Of a stretch of DNA of 64,000 nucleotides, positions 26,009 through 39,070 are shown piece after piece. Position 1 is the stretch's first letter, and each line of letters opens with the position of its first letter. A model generated the notes under the pieces. That model searched no databases and was not told the DNA's origin. It saw only the letters and a list, made by a program, of their open reading frames with translations. Where the stretch lies: positions 17,980,001 through 18,044,000 of the forward strand of contig OZ024746.1 in NCBI GenBank assembly GCA_964016885.1. The letters run 5' to 3'. The translations under genes were made by a program, and so were the position numbers. Source of the stretch: Eledone cirrhosa. Its lineage: Eukaryota.

Positions 26009-26565
26009 TATGAGGTACATTCAAGAGGTTTTGAGACTTTTATCAGAGAGACATATATTAACTCTGATCAACACAATACTCTCATCTCCTTTAATGTAGG
26101 ATTCTCCAACTTCAATGTACTTGTTGAGCGCTCCAGCCACTTCTGGAAGTCCTCCTTGTAGTCCTCCAAAGTGAAGGTGACCAGGTGCTTGTCACAGCCT
26201 CCTTCATCTTCACATCCTCAAAGCGGATACCCCTGAGCTTCTCCTTCAGCTTTGGGAACATTCAGAAGTCACATGGGGCTATGTCTGGACTATAGGGAGG
26301 ATGAGGCATGGTTTTGATCCCCATATCAGCCAAGTAGTTGGTCACCTGGATGGATTTGTAGCAGGGAGCATTGTCCTGGTGCAGGTGCCATTGGTGGTCT
26401 TGAAGAGTTCTAGTCTCTTATGACGAAATCTCTTTCAGAACTGCCTCAAAACCTCTATATAGTACTCTTTGATGACTGTCTGGCCATGGGGGACCCAGTG
26501 GATGTAGATGATGCCCTGGCTGTTGAATAATGGGATCATCATGAGCTTCCCATTGGACCTATTTT
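26009..26565 (-). mobile_element. mariner (DD34D) transposase relic with right terminus
   Basis: Minus strand reads WHLHQDNAPCYKS...MGIKTMPHPPYSPDIAPCDF*MFPKLKEKLRG; internal stop and frameshift; TATGAGG..TCAAGAGGTTTTGAGACT terminus. Confidence 0.9.
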
Positions 26566-27110
26566 GAAAGTCTGGCATATCCCACAATATGTCAGACACC
26601 TCACACTTGGCTTAAGTTCACTCCCATGATTCAGCAAGCAGCATATAGCCTGCACTCCTCTCACTTTTTACACACACCCCACTCCCATCTATGCCTCCCT
26701 AATCTGACACACTAAGCATCCAGTTCGCCCTATAAGGTGGAGGTGCTGGCACCATGGCTAAAAGTTTCTGCTCCACCATGTAAAGTGGTTGTGCTGGTGC
26801 CACAACAAAATGTTCCCAGTCTACTCTGTAAGGTGACTGGCATTAGGAAGGGCATCCAGCCATAGACAATCAAGCTCAAAATGGATCATATGAGTAAGAT
26901 ATGGTCATCTGATTTGTATAGCCTCATAACTTCACTGCTTGTCTAACCCATACAAGAATCAAACATAGATGTTGAGTGGTGATGATTATATAGACATATA
27001 TATATCTTCTCCAAAATTGCTGACTGCATACGTGTTGTTTTTTTTAAAAATCTTTTTCTATCCTTTCCTCTTTCTCACTCTTTCTATTTCATCTTTTATT
27101 TCTCATTCTA

Positions 27111-27146
27111 TCTTCTGATGAAGGACTAGTGTCCAAAATGTAAAGG
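27111..27146 (+). ncRNA. decayed minimal type I hammerhead ribozyme motif (Penelope-like)
   Basis: TCTT-CTGATGA-A-GGAC(TAGT)GTCC-AAAA-TG-TA-AAGG; the expected GAAA-CG reads AAAA-TG. Confidence 0.5.
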
Positions 27147-28129
27147 CTTTTTTCCTATTATATCAAGTGTTAAACTAACATTTTGCTTTGTTTCCATTTA
27201 CTTTTTGAATACATATATTATTATTCAAATCTTCACTAGAAGTTAACAGTTGAAGAAAACATTCATATGATGGGTAAAATATTTGTGTTGAATTATTAAT
27301 AGCAATGTTTGCCTGCCAATAAATTTGCCTGGTGGTGGTGGTGGGGATGAGAGTTAGAACAGACTTAACTATTTAATTGTTGATATAAATGGATGGGGGA
27401 TACAATGTTTAGAGAATAAATATAATACTAAATGAATTTATTTATATTTTATTTCCCAAAGAAATGCCATTGATATTTCAGCTTAAAGATTTGTATTTTT
27501 GAAAGTAAAGATGTAAATACATGAACATTAGTAAAGCAAACTGTTTATGCAGCATAAAGCAAAATAATAAAACATAACATCTTTGAAAGCTGATGAAATT
27601 TTGAAACAGATATGTTCTCCAGAATTATAACAGAGTTCTTAGCAGTCAGCAAAGAATTGCAGTAACTTCATCTGTCTTCTGCAGTCTGTTGGCTTTCCAC
27701 TTTTTTCTCATCTAATACTAGTGCAAACTGAATTTTTTTGCTATCTCAGCAGATTTTAGCTGGATGTCAACTTGAGATTTGTTTACTGTTTATATCTGAG
27801 ATTTTGACGCTTTTTTTTTCTCTGTCAGTTGACATTTCTCATCTGAAATGTTTGTAATTTCTTGTTTTATAGGTAGGAGGATGATGATGATGATGAAAGA
27901 GATAACTGATTTTGAAAGAGTACTTAAACCATATTTCTAATGAAAGAAATTGCTTATGATTTTTCAAATAACTTTGAAAATAATCAAGAATTTGGAGGGA
28001 TTTAATAACTTTTACATTATTAAATAGATGTTTGGAATATAGCAAAGATTCTTACATCAAATTATGGTGGAAAGTTTCTAGATAGATATAAATACTTTAA
28101 AACAAAGACATAGGAATGGTTTCAGGCGG

Positions 28130-28134
<5 letters not shown>

Positions 28135-28187
<53 letters not shown>
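28135..28187. repeat. (TA)n microsatellite
   Basis: Direct reading. Confidence 0.95.
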
Positions 28188-28188
<1 letters not shown>

Positions 28189-28665
28189 TAGCAGTGGTAC
28201 CCGGCGTTGCACGGGATAAGGTATTTTGGAACGCGGGCCGCCGACAGACCTAATAGTGGAAAAACTGCATGCCTGGACAATATGTAAAGAAAATAAACTG
28301 AATACTCTGATGGCTAGATAATCTTTAAAATTTTCCTCGATGAAGCAGGAAAAATGCAGGTTTTCACCTAATGAGGGCCCTAGGGGATCAAAAAAATGAA
28401 TTTTTTTTTATGTGCATAATATACCTTGAAATTTCTGGAAAATCGGCTAAAAAGCCCTAAAAAGCTGAAAAAAGGAAGTTTTTCACATAATGCGGGTCCT
28501 AGGGGATCAAAAAGTTTAATTTTATTGAATGTTATGTGCATAACACTCCCTGAAACATAAGTAATACACATGTAAAGTTTGAAAAAAATTGGTTGGGTAC
28601 TTCTCGAGTTTTAGTGATTCCAACTCACACACACACACACAGACATCCTCAATTTTATATATAGA
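28188..28665 (-). mobile_element. non-autonomous Helitron
   Basis: On the minus strand: 5' TC, (TG)n near the 5' end, 3' hairpin CCCGTGCAACGCCGGG then CTAG, inserted between A and T with no TSD. Confidence 0.85.
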
Positions 28666-30086
28666 TATATAAGCACAATTCCTTGAGAGTGCAGAATTGA
28701 TAATACTAAGTATGAAAGGCAAATCTGATCTGACAAAGTTTAGATTGAATTTAAAATTATGTAAATTCACAGGCATTATGGAAGAAGACTCCTTATTAGG
28801 AAGTCAGTGGATGGTCTGCCAGAACACTTTATTTCCTGATCTGAAGTCAGATTCCAACTTAACCCCAAAGTCCTCCCATGTCTTAACTTTGGATACCTTC
28901 CCTATTTTGCTTCAACTTGTTGTGCCTGCTTGTACAAGTGCAAGAAGGACTTATTTCCAAGCTAACCTTTGTAGGCAGGAGGCTGAATTAAGTGCAAGAA
29001 TTGCATAGCTTGGAGATCAGAGTCACTCCAATACTATAGGCATGTGGTTTGAATGTCTCGGGAAAGAATCACTGGACACATTTTATGGGCAGAACCAACC
29101 AGCAGGAGACCAAGGAGTAGACCCTAAGTAAGATGGTTAGATAACATGCATGAGCTCAGCTGGTCTCACTTAGAGATCCAGCCAGATTTATTGGAAACAG
29201 TTGCCTCAGATAGGAGCTGATGGAAGGACTATATGATGACTCTACCCCACAAACCTTCCAGGAATTAGTTGGTGAAGAAGTCTCTTGTAAATAAAAAAAA
29301 TAATTCATTAGTGTCTTTTAAATGTAGTGTATAAAAAGTTTGCTGTTTTGTTTTTGAAATAATAAAATCCTTTGCAAAAAATGACATCTGTGTGGCAAAA
29401 AATATTTTTTTGTGTGCTATAGGTTCTAGCAAAAATTTATTTCTCAGTCACTTCACACACTGCAGACTCTGTATGTAAGCATAGCTACTATGAATCATGA
29501 GGGGCAGGTGGGGTGGGGATAGAGTAAAAATTGTAGCTGTAGTAAAATCTTTGATTTTTTCCAGACAAAACATTATACATGATGGTTTGAAAAGTAAAAA
29601 TATACTTAGCTTGTCTGACTTTTTAAATGAGGTTATGTTTCTTTGAAATATTTTATTTAGGTTTTATCATTTTTTTCTTATGAACAAGCCAATGATTTTT
29701 ACATTATATTTATATACACACATGTGCATGTATATACATATGTGTGTGTGTTTATATATATGTGTGTGTATATGTATATATATGTGTACACACACACACA
29801 CACACACACATATATTGGATTTATTGATGACACAATAGCATGTGGGTTAATCTAATCAACACTTCACTCACCCACACAGATAGACAACCCTGTTGGCAGA
29901 ACATTTAAAGCCTTCCCTTCTCAAAAGAGGGTGTTTACATTGGTGTTTTATGTACATTTTAGAATGGTTTTGGTTTGTTCTTGTGACAGATGGACAAAAA
30001 AATCCAATACAGTCATTATTATAGAGATTTGATATATCAAATATTTTAGAAGTTATAGTGTAGTAAGATTTTGACACAAGTATGCT

Positions 30087-30361
30087 GAGGCACATGGCCT
30101 AGAGTAAGCGTGTTGGACTTACAATCATAATGTTGTTGGTTCGATTTCTGGGCTGGATTGCATGTGTTCTTGAGCAAGACACTTCATTTCATATTGCTCC
30201 AGTATACTCAGCTGAAAATGAGTACCAGCAATAGTTGGGGGTTTAACTCTGCGATGGACTGGCGTCCTGTCCACTGGGAGTTTTGCACTCTCAGTTGTTT
30301 CTTCCCATGAAACCGAGATAATCACTAGCCTAATGAGCCTTCTGGCTTAAGACAGACTTTA
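30087..30361 (+). mobile_element. tRNA-derived SINE family D with CTGCGATGGACTGGCGTCCTGTCCA central domain
   Basis: A-box TGGCCTAGAG, B-box GGTTCGATTTC; the central block resembles Meta/V-SINE-type conserved domains (recalled, not checked); related copies at 34660 (+), 35080 (-), 36985 (-). Confidence 0.8.
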
Positions 30362-30479
30362 GATGATTATAAAGGCATCTCAGTAAATTATACATGGAAT
30401 GAAGATAGATGATTGTAGGGAAAAAATGCATATAAATCAGTGACTATATTAAGAAGTGCATTAGCAGGTGACGTGTATG

Positions 30480-30783
30480 ATAAAGTTATATCTGTATAAA
30501 TATAGACTGCTGCAGCAATCTGTATATAAATATATGCATTTTCAAAAATATGTAGACATGTAAACATGCCAGAAAAGACAAATTTCCCTGTAAATAAGCA
30601 CCTTGAAGATCCAATTAGATCTGAAAATCGATTAAAGGTGTTTATCATTATTTTAATTTACTGGGAAATTCGTATTTCCTGGCATGTTTACATGTCTACA
30701 TATTAAAAAAAAAATGTGTATTTATAATACACTTTGATGCAGTCTTGGTTACTCACTCTGTATTTATACAGATATAACTTTAT
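30480..30783. mobile_element. fold-back MITE with long inverted arms
   Basis: Perfect terminal ATAAAGTTATATCTGTATAAATA / TATTTATACAGATATAACTTTAT; internal ATATGTAGACATGTAAACATGCCAG inverted at about 30679-30703; half copy at 23619-23780. Confidence 0.8.
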
Positions 30784-31699
30784 AAAACAGTGAATAGAAT
30801 ATTTTTCTTTTTGAAATTTATTACTTCTCAGGTATTTTGAGGAAAATAACAAGCAAAGTTAGATTTTTAATTTCTGTCAAGTTGTTAACAAAATGAGATA
30901 AGCAGTTGTAATAATATTGCAGTACTTGGTGCATGAAAACAGTTTTGGGTACTGTAAACATGCACTGATTTCATCATAAAATAATACACACACACTGTTG
31001 ATTCATTTAATTGCATACCAAATAATTAGTACATATTGACTAACTACATATGCAAACAACATCAATTTCAATTAATTGCATAGTTTTAATTTGTTCTGCT
31101 TTGAGTGAAAAATTAGTGAAAGGTAGTACAAAATTGAATGTTTATTTGATATAAATATAGTTTGCCTGTCATCCTTTCAAATTTGATAAAAAAAAAGGTA
31201 CCAATCACTTCCTATCCTTCTCCGAAAGAAATCTGCAGTACTGAGAAACACTGTATGCCAATTATGGTGCTCCTATGACCCCCATCAGGAGTTACAGGAC
31301 CATACCATTGTGATTTTGGAACTTTACATTTTTATAATGAGCTAAAATTAAAATGATAATAGTAATCTGTGTCTTAACAACTGATGTGAAAAGTGTGAAT
31401 TGTATTCAAGTCAGTTTCTCCATTTCAATAAATTGGAGTCCAGATTCTGGTGTAGTTTTATAGTAGTTTTAATTGAATAATAAAAAAAATATTGCAATAA
31501 ATCAATATGTTCATTGTAGATAATATTTATAGAAAAGATAAGATTTGAATCATTGTTGTAATGAAAACTACTAACTGATCGCTTTTCTCTACATTTCTCA
31601 AAATATTCTTATTTATAGACTGATTCTCATTGCAGAATAAATTCTTCTGCAATCTCAGTGTCAGGTTCGATCTAATGATGAAAGGGCTGCTATATTTTT

Positions 31700-32050
31700 C
31701 CTTACAAGAGATTCCCCCACCCTACTACAAAAAAAAAAAAAAATGTTTAGAACATTGTCATTCTCTAAACCCAATTTTTCATGATCTGATCAAGGCTTTC
31801 AATTCCATGCCACGTGACACCAAAGGGAAGGTTCTTGAATGTTTTGTCAACCTGCTTTACTTCTTAAGAATTGTCCAGGTTCTTCATGAAGATACAACAG
31901 GACATACTGTACAGGAGAAACCTTTCTCTATTCCTACTTATTGGAATGGATGGCTGTTAAGTAGGGTGATGTTCTTGTTCTAACATTGTTTCATCTACAC
32001 CTCACAATTATTCTACAATCAATACTACAAATCTCAACTGAAATTTCCAT
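31700..32050 (+). mobile_element. decayed RTE-type RT fragment
   Basis: FHDLIKAFNS..R...KVLECF...RIVQVLHEDTTG resembles the RT DLxKAFD region. Confidence 0.55.
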
Positions 32051-32243
32051 CTGGTAGCCTTATGATGTGGATGTTTTTAACCATAAGAAGTTAAAATCAA
32101 ACTGGATAAAACTGTGTAAACATCTTAGTGTCAATATGCTGATAGTAACATTGTCAGAGAGTGTGATAAGGAAAATATATGGGCTACTTATAGGCTAGTC
32201 CTTTGTCAGAAAGTATGGTTCTGAAAAAAATAATATATAAATG

Positions 32244-32614
32244 GTCATGTCAGGGGTGTAGCTGTACTCACTACATTTGGCCAATTGTGGGTTGGTGAGG
32301 CTATTTAATCCATAGGGTAGATGGCTGTTAACTCAGGAGTTCATCTGCCCTTTGAACAGCTCTTATATTTTGCTCTGCTGGGGTTCCACTTACCCTCCTA
32401 ACTAGACCAGGGTCTTATGGAGAGCTGATTTAGTCACCGACCACTCAACCATGAAGCAGGTTGTACTAGGTTACATAGTACCAGTAGCAGGCAGAGGCCT
32501 GACTTGACTGGACTAGGGTCTGGTGCGGGAGTGGTTTAGTTACCGACCACTCGACCCTGAAGCAGAATGTACTGGGTTACATGGTACCAGTTACAGGCAG
32601 AAGCCTGACATGAC
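32244..32614 (-). mobile_element. diverged relative of the 55469 element 5' region, with an internal ~110-bp duplication and 11-bp inverted ends
   Basis: Reverse complement TGCTACTGGTACTATGTAACCTAGTACAACCTG..CATGGT...GACTAAA...AGGAGGGT aligns to 55488-55583; ends GTCATGTCAGG / CCTGACATGAC. Confidence 0.65.
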
Positions 32615-33618
32615 ATATTTGTGTATAAAACAAGAATTAAATCCATAATGCAACATTTTCGAGTTTTATTGATTTAGTTGTCTCTCTCTCTCTGTATATA
32701 TATATATATATACATATGTATATATATATATGTATTACTCAACTACAAATATTTTTCTGCATATTTCCTTAATATAAATGGGGAAAATAATGTATTTTTC
32801 CATTTTTGATAACTTTTCTGTACAGCTATCCTATTTGTCTGTCCGATTATTTTTGTTTAATGTCTTCATTGAGATAAAGATATATTTAATTTTATTTGCT
32901 CTGAAAAATATAATAAAAACAGATAAAATAAAATTAATCTTTGGAAATTTTTTACTAAACAGTTCTAAAATAGTGCTAGTTTTCAAAAGCAGACTAAAAT
33001 ATATTATAACCAGATATGAACATCTCAATGAAATATGTAATTAAAGAGTGTTTACATTGGCATAGAGCCCAACATTTATTAGTTTAACATCAATGTGTTT
33101 CTCTGATATAATTAATATGTGAAATGGCAGGAAAAGAAAAATTAAAGCAAGTTTGTGAATAAGTTTTTTTGGAAGGATACTTCTATTTAATAGTAAAAGT
33201 ATGATCCAACAGAGTTGTTCGTATGCTGAAAATTATGTTTCAGACTTCAGATGAAATAACCACAAATAAAAATATGGTAGGATTATATAAGCTGTTTATA
33301 ACTGTAGACTTGTTTATATATATCTATAACAAGAAAGTGTGTGGCCTTTGCTGAGAATTTGTTTACATGATAAATATTTCATTCACACAATTGATGTAAT
33401 TTATTAATATTGTAGATCTGAGAATATACAAAACATTCATATAAATTTTGTGAAAAAGGCAAAAAATGAGCTTGATTTGTAGATTCTAATTCAGAGACCA
33501 AATATGATCTATCTCTCTATATATATATAGAACAAATTAAGATGCCAGAAATAAGTTCATACATAGTTTAATCCTTATAATGGAGAAAGGAAAGAAAATA
33601 TATATACATCTCTCTGTC

Positions 33619-33662
<44 letters not shown>

Positions 33663-34156
33663 TGTCTGTCTACAGATACCTGTGTGTTTGTACATATTTG
33701 ATAACCATTGCTAGCAAGGGTTGGACAGGGCTACTGACTTCCCAGACATGCTGAGCAATCTGCATCCTGCTTAGGTATAATCATGTGTTCTATCGAGTGC
33801 AGAGAAGTTGTCATGTCTTTTGACACAAACTGAAATAAATGTCACTTAAGAAAAAAGAAATCGCCATTGCTGGCTCCTTAACTCACAATTACCCCACCCC
33901 CACCCAATCACGGGTATACCTGGAAAGATATATGAGAAAGTTAAATTTCCGTTGCGACGGAGCTTGCTATTTTATCAAAATGAGGGTATATGTATGTAGT
34001 TAAAATTACAGATCTTTTATAGGGAAAGTTTAGATGATGCTTGTGATTCCTGCTTCTTATTTTGATGTTTGCATCAATATATTATATTTAATGACTGTTT
34101 TTTAACTGAATATTTTGTATAGTTTTCTACAACATATATTTTATTCTCCCATTTAG

Positions 34157-34274
34157 GATGAGTGTTTGTGCTGCCCCAGCTCAGTACCGTATTCATCATC
34201 GCCAAAACCTGATGAAGGACCACATTTCTGCAGCAGCTGCCAACCTCATACATCGCAGCCACACAAAGAAAAGG
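34157..34274 (+). CDS. candidate exon of an unidentified host gene
   Basis: Acceptor TTATTCTCCCATTTAG|G, donor AAGG|GTGAGT, GC-richer unique sequence, two open frames (MSVCAAPAQYRIHHRQ...TKKR or DECLCCPSSVPY...HKEK). Confidence 0.6.
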
Positions 34275-34283
34275 GTGAGTGTA

Positions 34284-34314
<31 letters not shown>

Positions 34315-34659
34315 TCTCTCACTAAATCAAGCATGTAAATGTGTATGTTTGTGTGTCTTGTCGTCATCATAATCATTGTTTTTACATCCACTTTTTCATG
34401 TTGGCATGAGTTGGAGGGATGTTTTGAGACAATGCCCTTCCTGATGCCAACCCTTTTATTCTCTTCTTATGACATGCAAGTATGTGGTGTACCTATTCTA
34501 AAAACCAGGATACACATATGGCATTGTATATATGTATATAATTTCCATTTCACACCTTCATTGAATGTTTATATGTAACCTTATGATTAAAATATCATGA
34601 TGAAACAGTTTTGGTATGATTGCTTGAAAATTGTGTTTGAAATCCTTTCTCACATTTCC

Positions 34660-34840
34660 AGTCTGTTCTTTCACTGGACATTGCTCCAACACACTCAGTT
34701 GAAAATGAGTAGCAGCAGCTGGGGGTTTAACCCTGTGATGGACACCATTGAGGAGTCTTGTACACTGTCACTTAATACCACAAACTAGGGTAAGCACCAG
34801 CCTGATGAGCCTCTGGGCTTGTGACAGACTTTAGACTTTA
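34660..34840 (+). mobile_element. SINE family D fragment
   Basis: Match to 30190-30361. Confidence 0.7.
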
Positions 34841-35079
34841 TTCACAGAACTTGTGGATCATGTTCAACTAAAACAAATGACCAAAGATTTTTTTTACATC
34901 TGGAATCTTAGTGCAAACAGATTGACCAATATATTAGCTGATTTTCTGATTTTATCATCTAAATTTTAAAGAATATGAGAATATTAGCAACCCTCCTCTT
35001 TTCTGGTTCTCTTTCATGTATGTATAAGTGATTAACTTTCCCATGATAACATGAAATAAACCATGAAGAAGCTGCTTTA

Positions 35080-35340
35080 AGTTAAAGTCTGTACTAAGTC
35101 GAAGGCTCATCAGTCCGGTGATTATCCCTAATTCTCTTGGCCTTAAGCAACCGAGAGTACAAGAGTCGACCTAGACAGGATGCAGGTCTATCACAGGTTT
35201 AACTCTCCAGCTATAGCTGGTACTTATTTTCAGCTGAGTATAGTAGAGCAATGTGAAATAAAGTGTTTTGCTCAAGAAAACAACATACAACCCAGCCACT
35301 GACGACATTACAATTGTACGTCAAGTATCCTAACCATTAG
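35080..35340 (-). mobile_element. SINE family D
   Basis: Reverse-complement match to 30087-30361. Confidence 0.7.
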
Positions 35341-36984
35341 CTGTTGATGAAAAGCACCAAATATCTGGTTGATTATTTGGATTTTTGTCTGGAAAAATTG
35401 ATGACTTAATCTCTTTGATGTAAAATTAACGAAAATGTTTCAGCATCAATAATATTTGATGGTATTCATCATCATCATCATAGTTTAACATCCACTTTCC
35501 CTGCTAGCAAAGGTTGGACAGGTTTACATAGACCAAATCAGTACTGAAGCGGGACTACCGACCTTCCGGACAGGCCGAGAGAAGTGTCTTTTGACACAAA
35601 TTGAAGGGTCCTCCCAACCATGGGATTCTGAAATGCTCCTGCATAATACCTTGGTGATCCATATATATTTGTTGGTAATATGATTCCGTTTCTGGCTCTG
35701 ATTTAGTCCTTCTCATCCATAGTCTTCACAAGTTCTTTGTACTTGACTTATCCATACAAATTAGTTTTTGGTTATAATCCATACAAGCATGGAAAAATAG
35801 ACATTAAATAATGATGATGATTACACCACTTTAATCTTTACTTTTCTGCTGTAACAGTCAATTGCATATTGCTGGTAGACTCCTCCACTTGAAAATGATA
35901 TTGAAATCTTGTTTAAATGAATGACACTTGTGTTCTACAGTGTAGTGGTGGTATTGTATGGGAGAAATCCACTTATTACTTCTGATACTTTAACATTTGT
36001 TGTTGCCATCAGTACCAAAATAAAACATAATGAGAATAGCATTTTAACTTTGTATCTATTGTATATACTGCAAGCTGCCTCCACTCTCATAGACTGCCAC
36101 ATCTAGGTTTTCTGTTGTTTTCATTTAGCTGCAGAGTCACCATTTCACTTGTAATGGTTGGTTACATTATGTAATGTATCTCATGCCCACCATTTGGCAG
36201 CATCTTTTCTACTTTTAATATCATTTTAACTTTTTCTCTGGTGAGCTCAATAATAGATAGACACTGTTGTATGGATTGATATAATGTAAAAATTCAGGGT
36301 TATATTATTTTTTAGTTTGTTGGCTACCATATATGCTGTATTGTAAAGAAAAAGAAAAGGACCTGAGTAAACTTTGGTCGCTGGCTTTCAGATATAATAA
36401 TTGATCCAATTCTGTGGTAAACCTTTGTTTAATTTCAATATTGGACTATAACTAGGTATTTTGTTTCTTGAGAGCCATGGCTGCAGCATGGGACTGTAAT
36501 ATATAGAGAAGAGTGGTGGGTGTGTCCAAGGCCCCCAACTCTCAACCATGACAACTGGATACATTCATTCATTTATCCATATGCACACCTATGCATGCAT
36601 TACACATGTACACACACAATTTTATGTCAATTTGGCTTCAAATATAACTTGACATGTGAAATAATGGTGTTATATTTAGAAATTCTTCTAAGAACAAGTT
36701 TTATAAGATCAATTGAATTGACTCTAACATATGACTGGTAAATTCTTTTGTTGTTACTGAATGAGAGGAAAAGCAAAGTCAGTCAGTTGTTTGTGATTTC
36801 CCACTGAGAGTAATGAAGCATTAGATACTTGCTGAATCATTATTGTGTAAAACCTATCACTCTCTCTCTCTCATAAAAAATAAAATATCTATTATAAAAT
36901 CTTCTATTGTCTGCACTTAGTGTTAGGAGTATTTAGTGTAATGCCTATCACTGATAAACTTATCTATGTTTAAGTGTTGAAGTC

Positions 36985-37325
36985 TTGTCTAAAGTTTGTC
37001 TTGAGCCCTGAGGCTCATCAGGTTCAGTAACTGTGAGTACAAGATTCCCCCTGGACAGGATGCCACCCCCAGCATGTTTAAAGTCTGTTTTGAGCCCTGA
37101 GGCTCACCAGGCTGGCACTTATCTCGGTTGCTGTGGTGTTAAGTGGCTGAGAGTTCAAGACTCCCCCTCGACTGGATGCCAGTCCATTGCAAGTTTAAAC
37201 CCCCAACTTTTGCTGGTTCTCATTATCAGCTAAGTAAAATAAGGTGTTTTGCTCAAGAACACAACACACAACCCAGTCCAAGTATTGAACCCACATTATG
37301 ATTGTAAGTCCAACAAACTTACCCA
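36985..37325 (-). mobile_element. SINE family D with duplicated 3' part
   Basis: TTGAGCCCTGAGGCTCA occurs twice (37001, 37090); head matches 30110-30180. Confidence 0.7.
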
Positions 37326-38159
37326 ACTAAGAGTTAGACCAAATATATTAAGGGTCGAGTGTTAGTGAAAGAAATGTTTATTATAATTAAAGAATAATGT
37401 TTGGTGTAGAAGATGGTTATAGTGAGGAATATACACAGATAGGATTTCTATGAAAGCAACGTGTCATGGGATTTATTGAATTGTTTTCTCTATCAGATTA
37501 ATATTTTAATGTTACCATTAAACATTCTATAAGCACAGGCATGGCTTTGTAACCATGTAGTCTTGGGCTTGACCCTGCTCTGTGGCATTCTGCGCAACTA
37601 TCGTCTACTATAACCTTTGGCTGACCAATCCCTAGTGAGTGAATCTGATAGAGGGAAACTACGAAGCCTGCTGTGTGTGTGAGTGTGTGTATACACACAT
37701 ATAAGTATGTGAGCAAGTGTTCATATCTCATATTAATATATGTGGTGATATCTGTTTACATACTGCATAAACAGAAATTCAGCGGCTTGAAAGTTAGATG
37801 TATAAGGATAGTCATCTAGCTATAGATTTCTACCTAATAGAAGTTTTGTCCAACCCATACCAAGTATGGAAAAATGGTCGTAAAGTAAATTTGCTTTCTT
37901 TGAAATTCTGTTGGTGTTGACAGATCACTTTATCTGTCAATGTATTTCATTTATTTTTGTCCTTCATTCTTGTGCTGATGGTTTTGTGGTAAGTTTGTAG
38001 CAAATTGAATTTTTCTACTAAATTTCTTTCTCAGTTGGATCCAATTTACTTGGGTTGGTAATATCATTAAGAAAAGCATATATATCACAGCTAACCATTT
38101 CCTTCCTTCCATATAAATCAGTAGCTTTGTGTAGTGTACAAGAAAAACAACTGTTTTAA

Positions 38160-38540
38160 CCCTTTTATCAACATGCCTGTGAATTTCAAATATTGGGGGA
38201 GGAGGCTAGTAATAATTTTCTCACCTTTTGTTACTACATTTTAAAAGAAAGCAGTACCTATAATTTTCAAATCATTTAAATCATTTTGAAAATAAACAAG
38301 AATTTAGAGGGATTTAGTAATATAACTAACTTTCTTATTATTTATCTGGTATTTGGAACATAAGAGTTTTTACAAGTTATGGAAAGGTATTTTTGAGATA
38401 AAATAAACAGCTTTATACCTCTGGAACATAACTTAACAGAGGTTCTTAGATAAAACTATGATGGAACATTTTTAAATAGATATAAACAGTTTTGTATCAT
38501 AGAACCAGCAACATTTTCAGGTGGATTGATATCAAAAGGG
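38160..38540. mobile_element. piggyBac-type MITE
   Basis: TTAA|CCCTTTT...AAAAGGG|TTAA; internal similarity to 21537-21757. Confidence 0.75.
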
Positions 38541-38640
38541 TTAAGGCCTTTTTTTAAGCAATGTATATTGTTTGCATCCCTTTTAAATGCACACGAATAT
38601 GGTGTACCTATTATAAACCAAACACTCAAATTACTTTGTG

Positions 38641-39070
38641 TCATCATCATCTTCCTCATTGTTTTTACAGAGATTTCTCTATGTTCCCATGGGTTAGATG
38701 AATCCTATTCCTTACATCATCTCTCCTTTCACTTGTTTTGCCCTTTCTTGGTCTCCTTTGTAGGGTTTAGTATCATGAGATCTGCATTCATCACTTCTAC
38801 TCATGACTTTCTTGGTCTTCCTCTCTTGTGGCTTCCTTCCACTTGGAACCTTTGGTACCTCTTCCCTCTGTGATCATCATCCATACACATTACATGTCTG
38901 TACCAGTGCAACTTCCTATCTATACACTACATCTAATACATCTTATGCCCAGTATTTCCTCTCAGTTCATCTGTGCTCCGTCATTCATGCACAACAGTAA
39001 TATTACTCATACTATGGTACATGTTTGATTTGTTTCTCTCTAGTCATTGCATATCTTTTTTGTCTATGTT
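38641..39070 (-). mobile_element. decayed RTE LINE 3' fragment
   Basis: (ATG)n tail at 38641-38651; minus strand GRSHKRGRPRKS* remnant of the GRPRKTW motif. Confidence 0.65.

Noticed and set aside
27590-27625. CTGATGA-AATTTT-GAAA hammerhead-like string
   Set aside because: Stem II is too short to close and stem I is only 2 bp; likely chance.
34801-34830. CTGATGAGCC..GGCT in SINE family D tails as a hammerhead
   Set aside because: No GAAA follows the stem in the copies examined (30330, 34801, 35100, 37010); more likely a LINE-derived 3' stem-loop.
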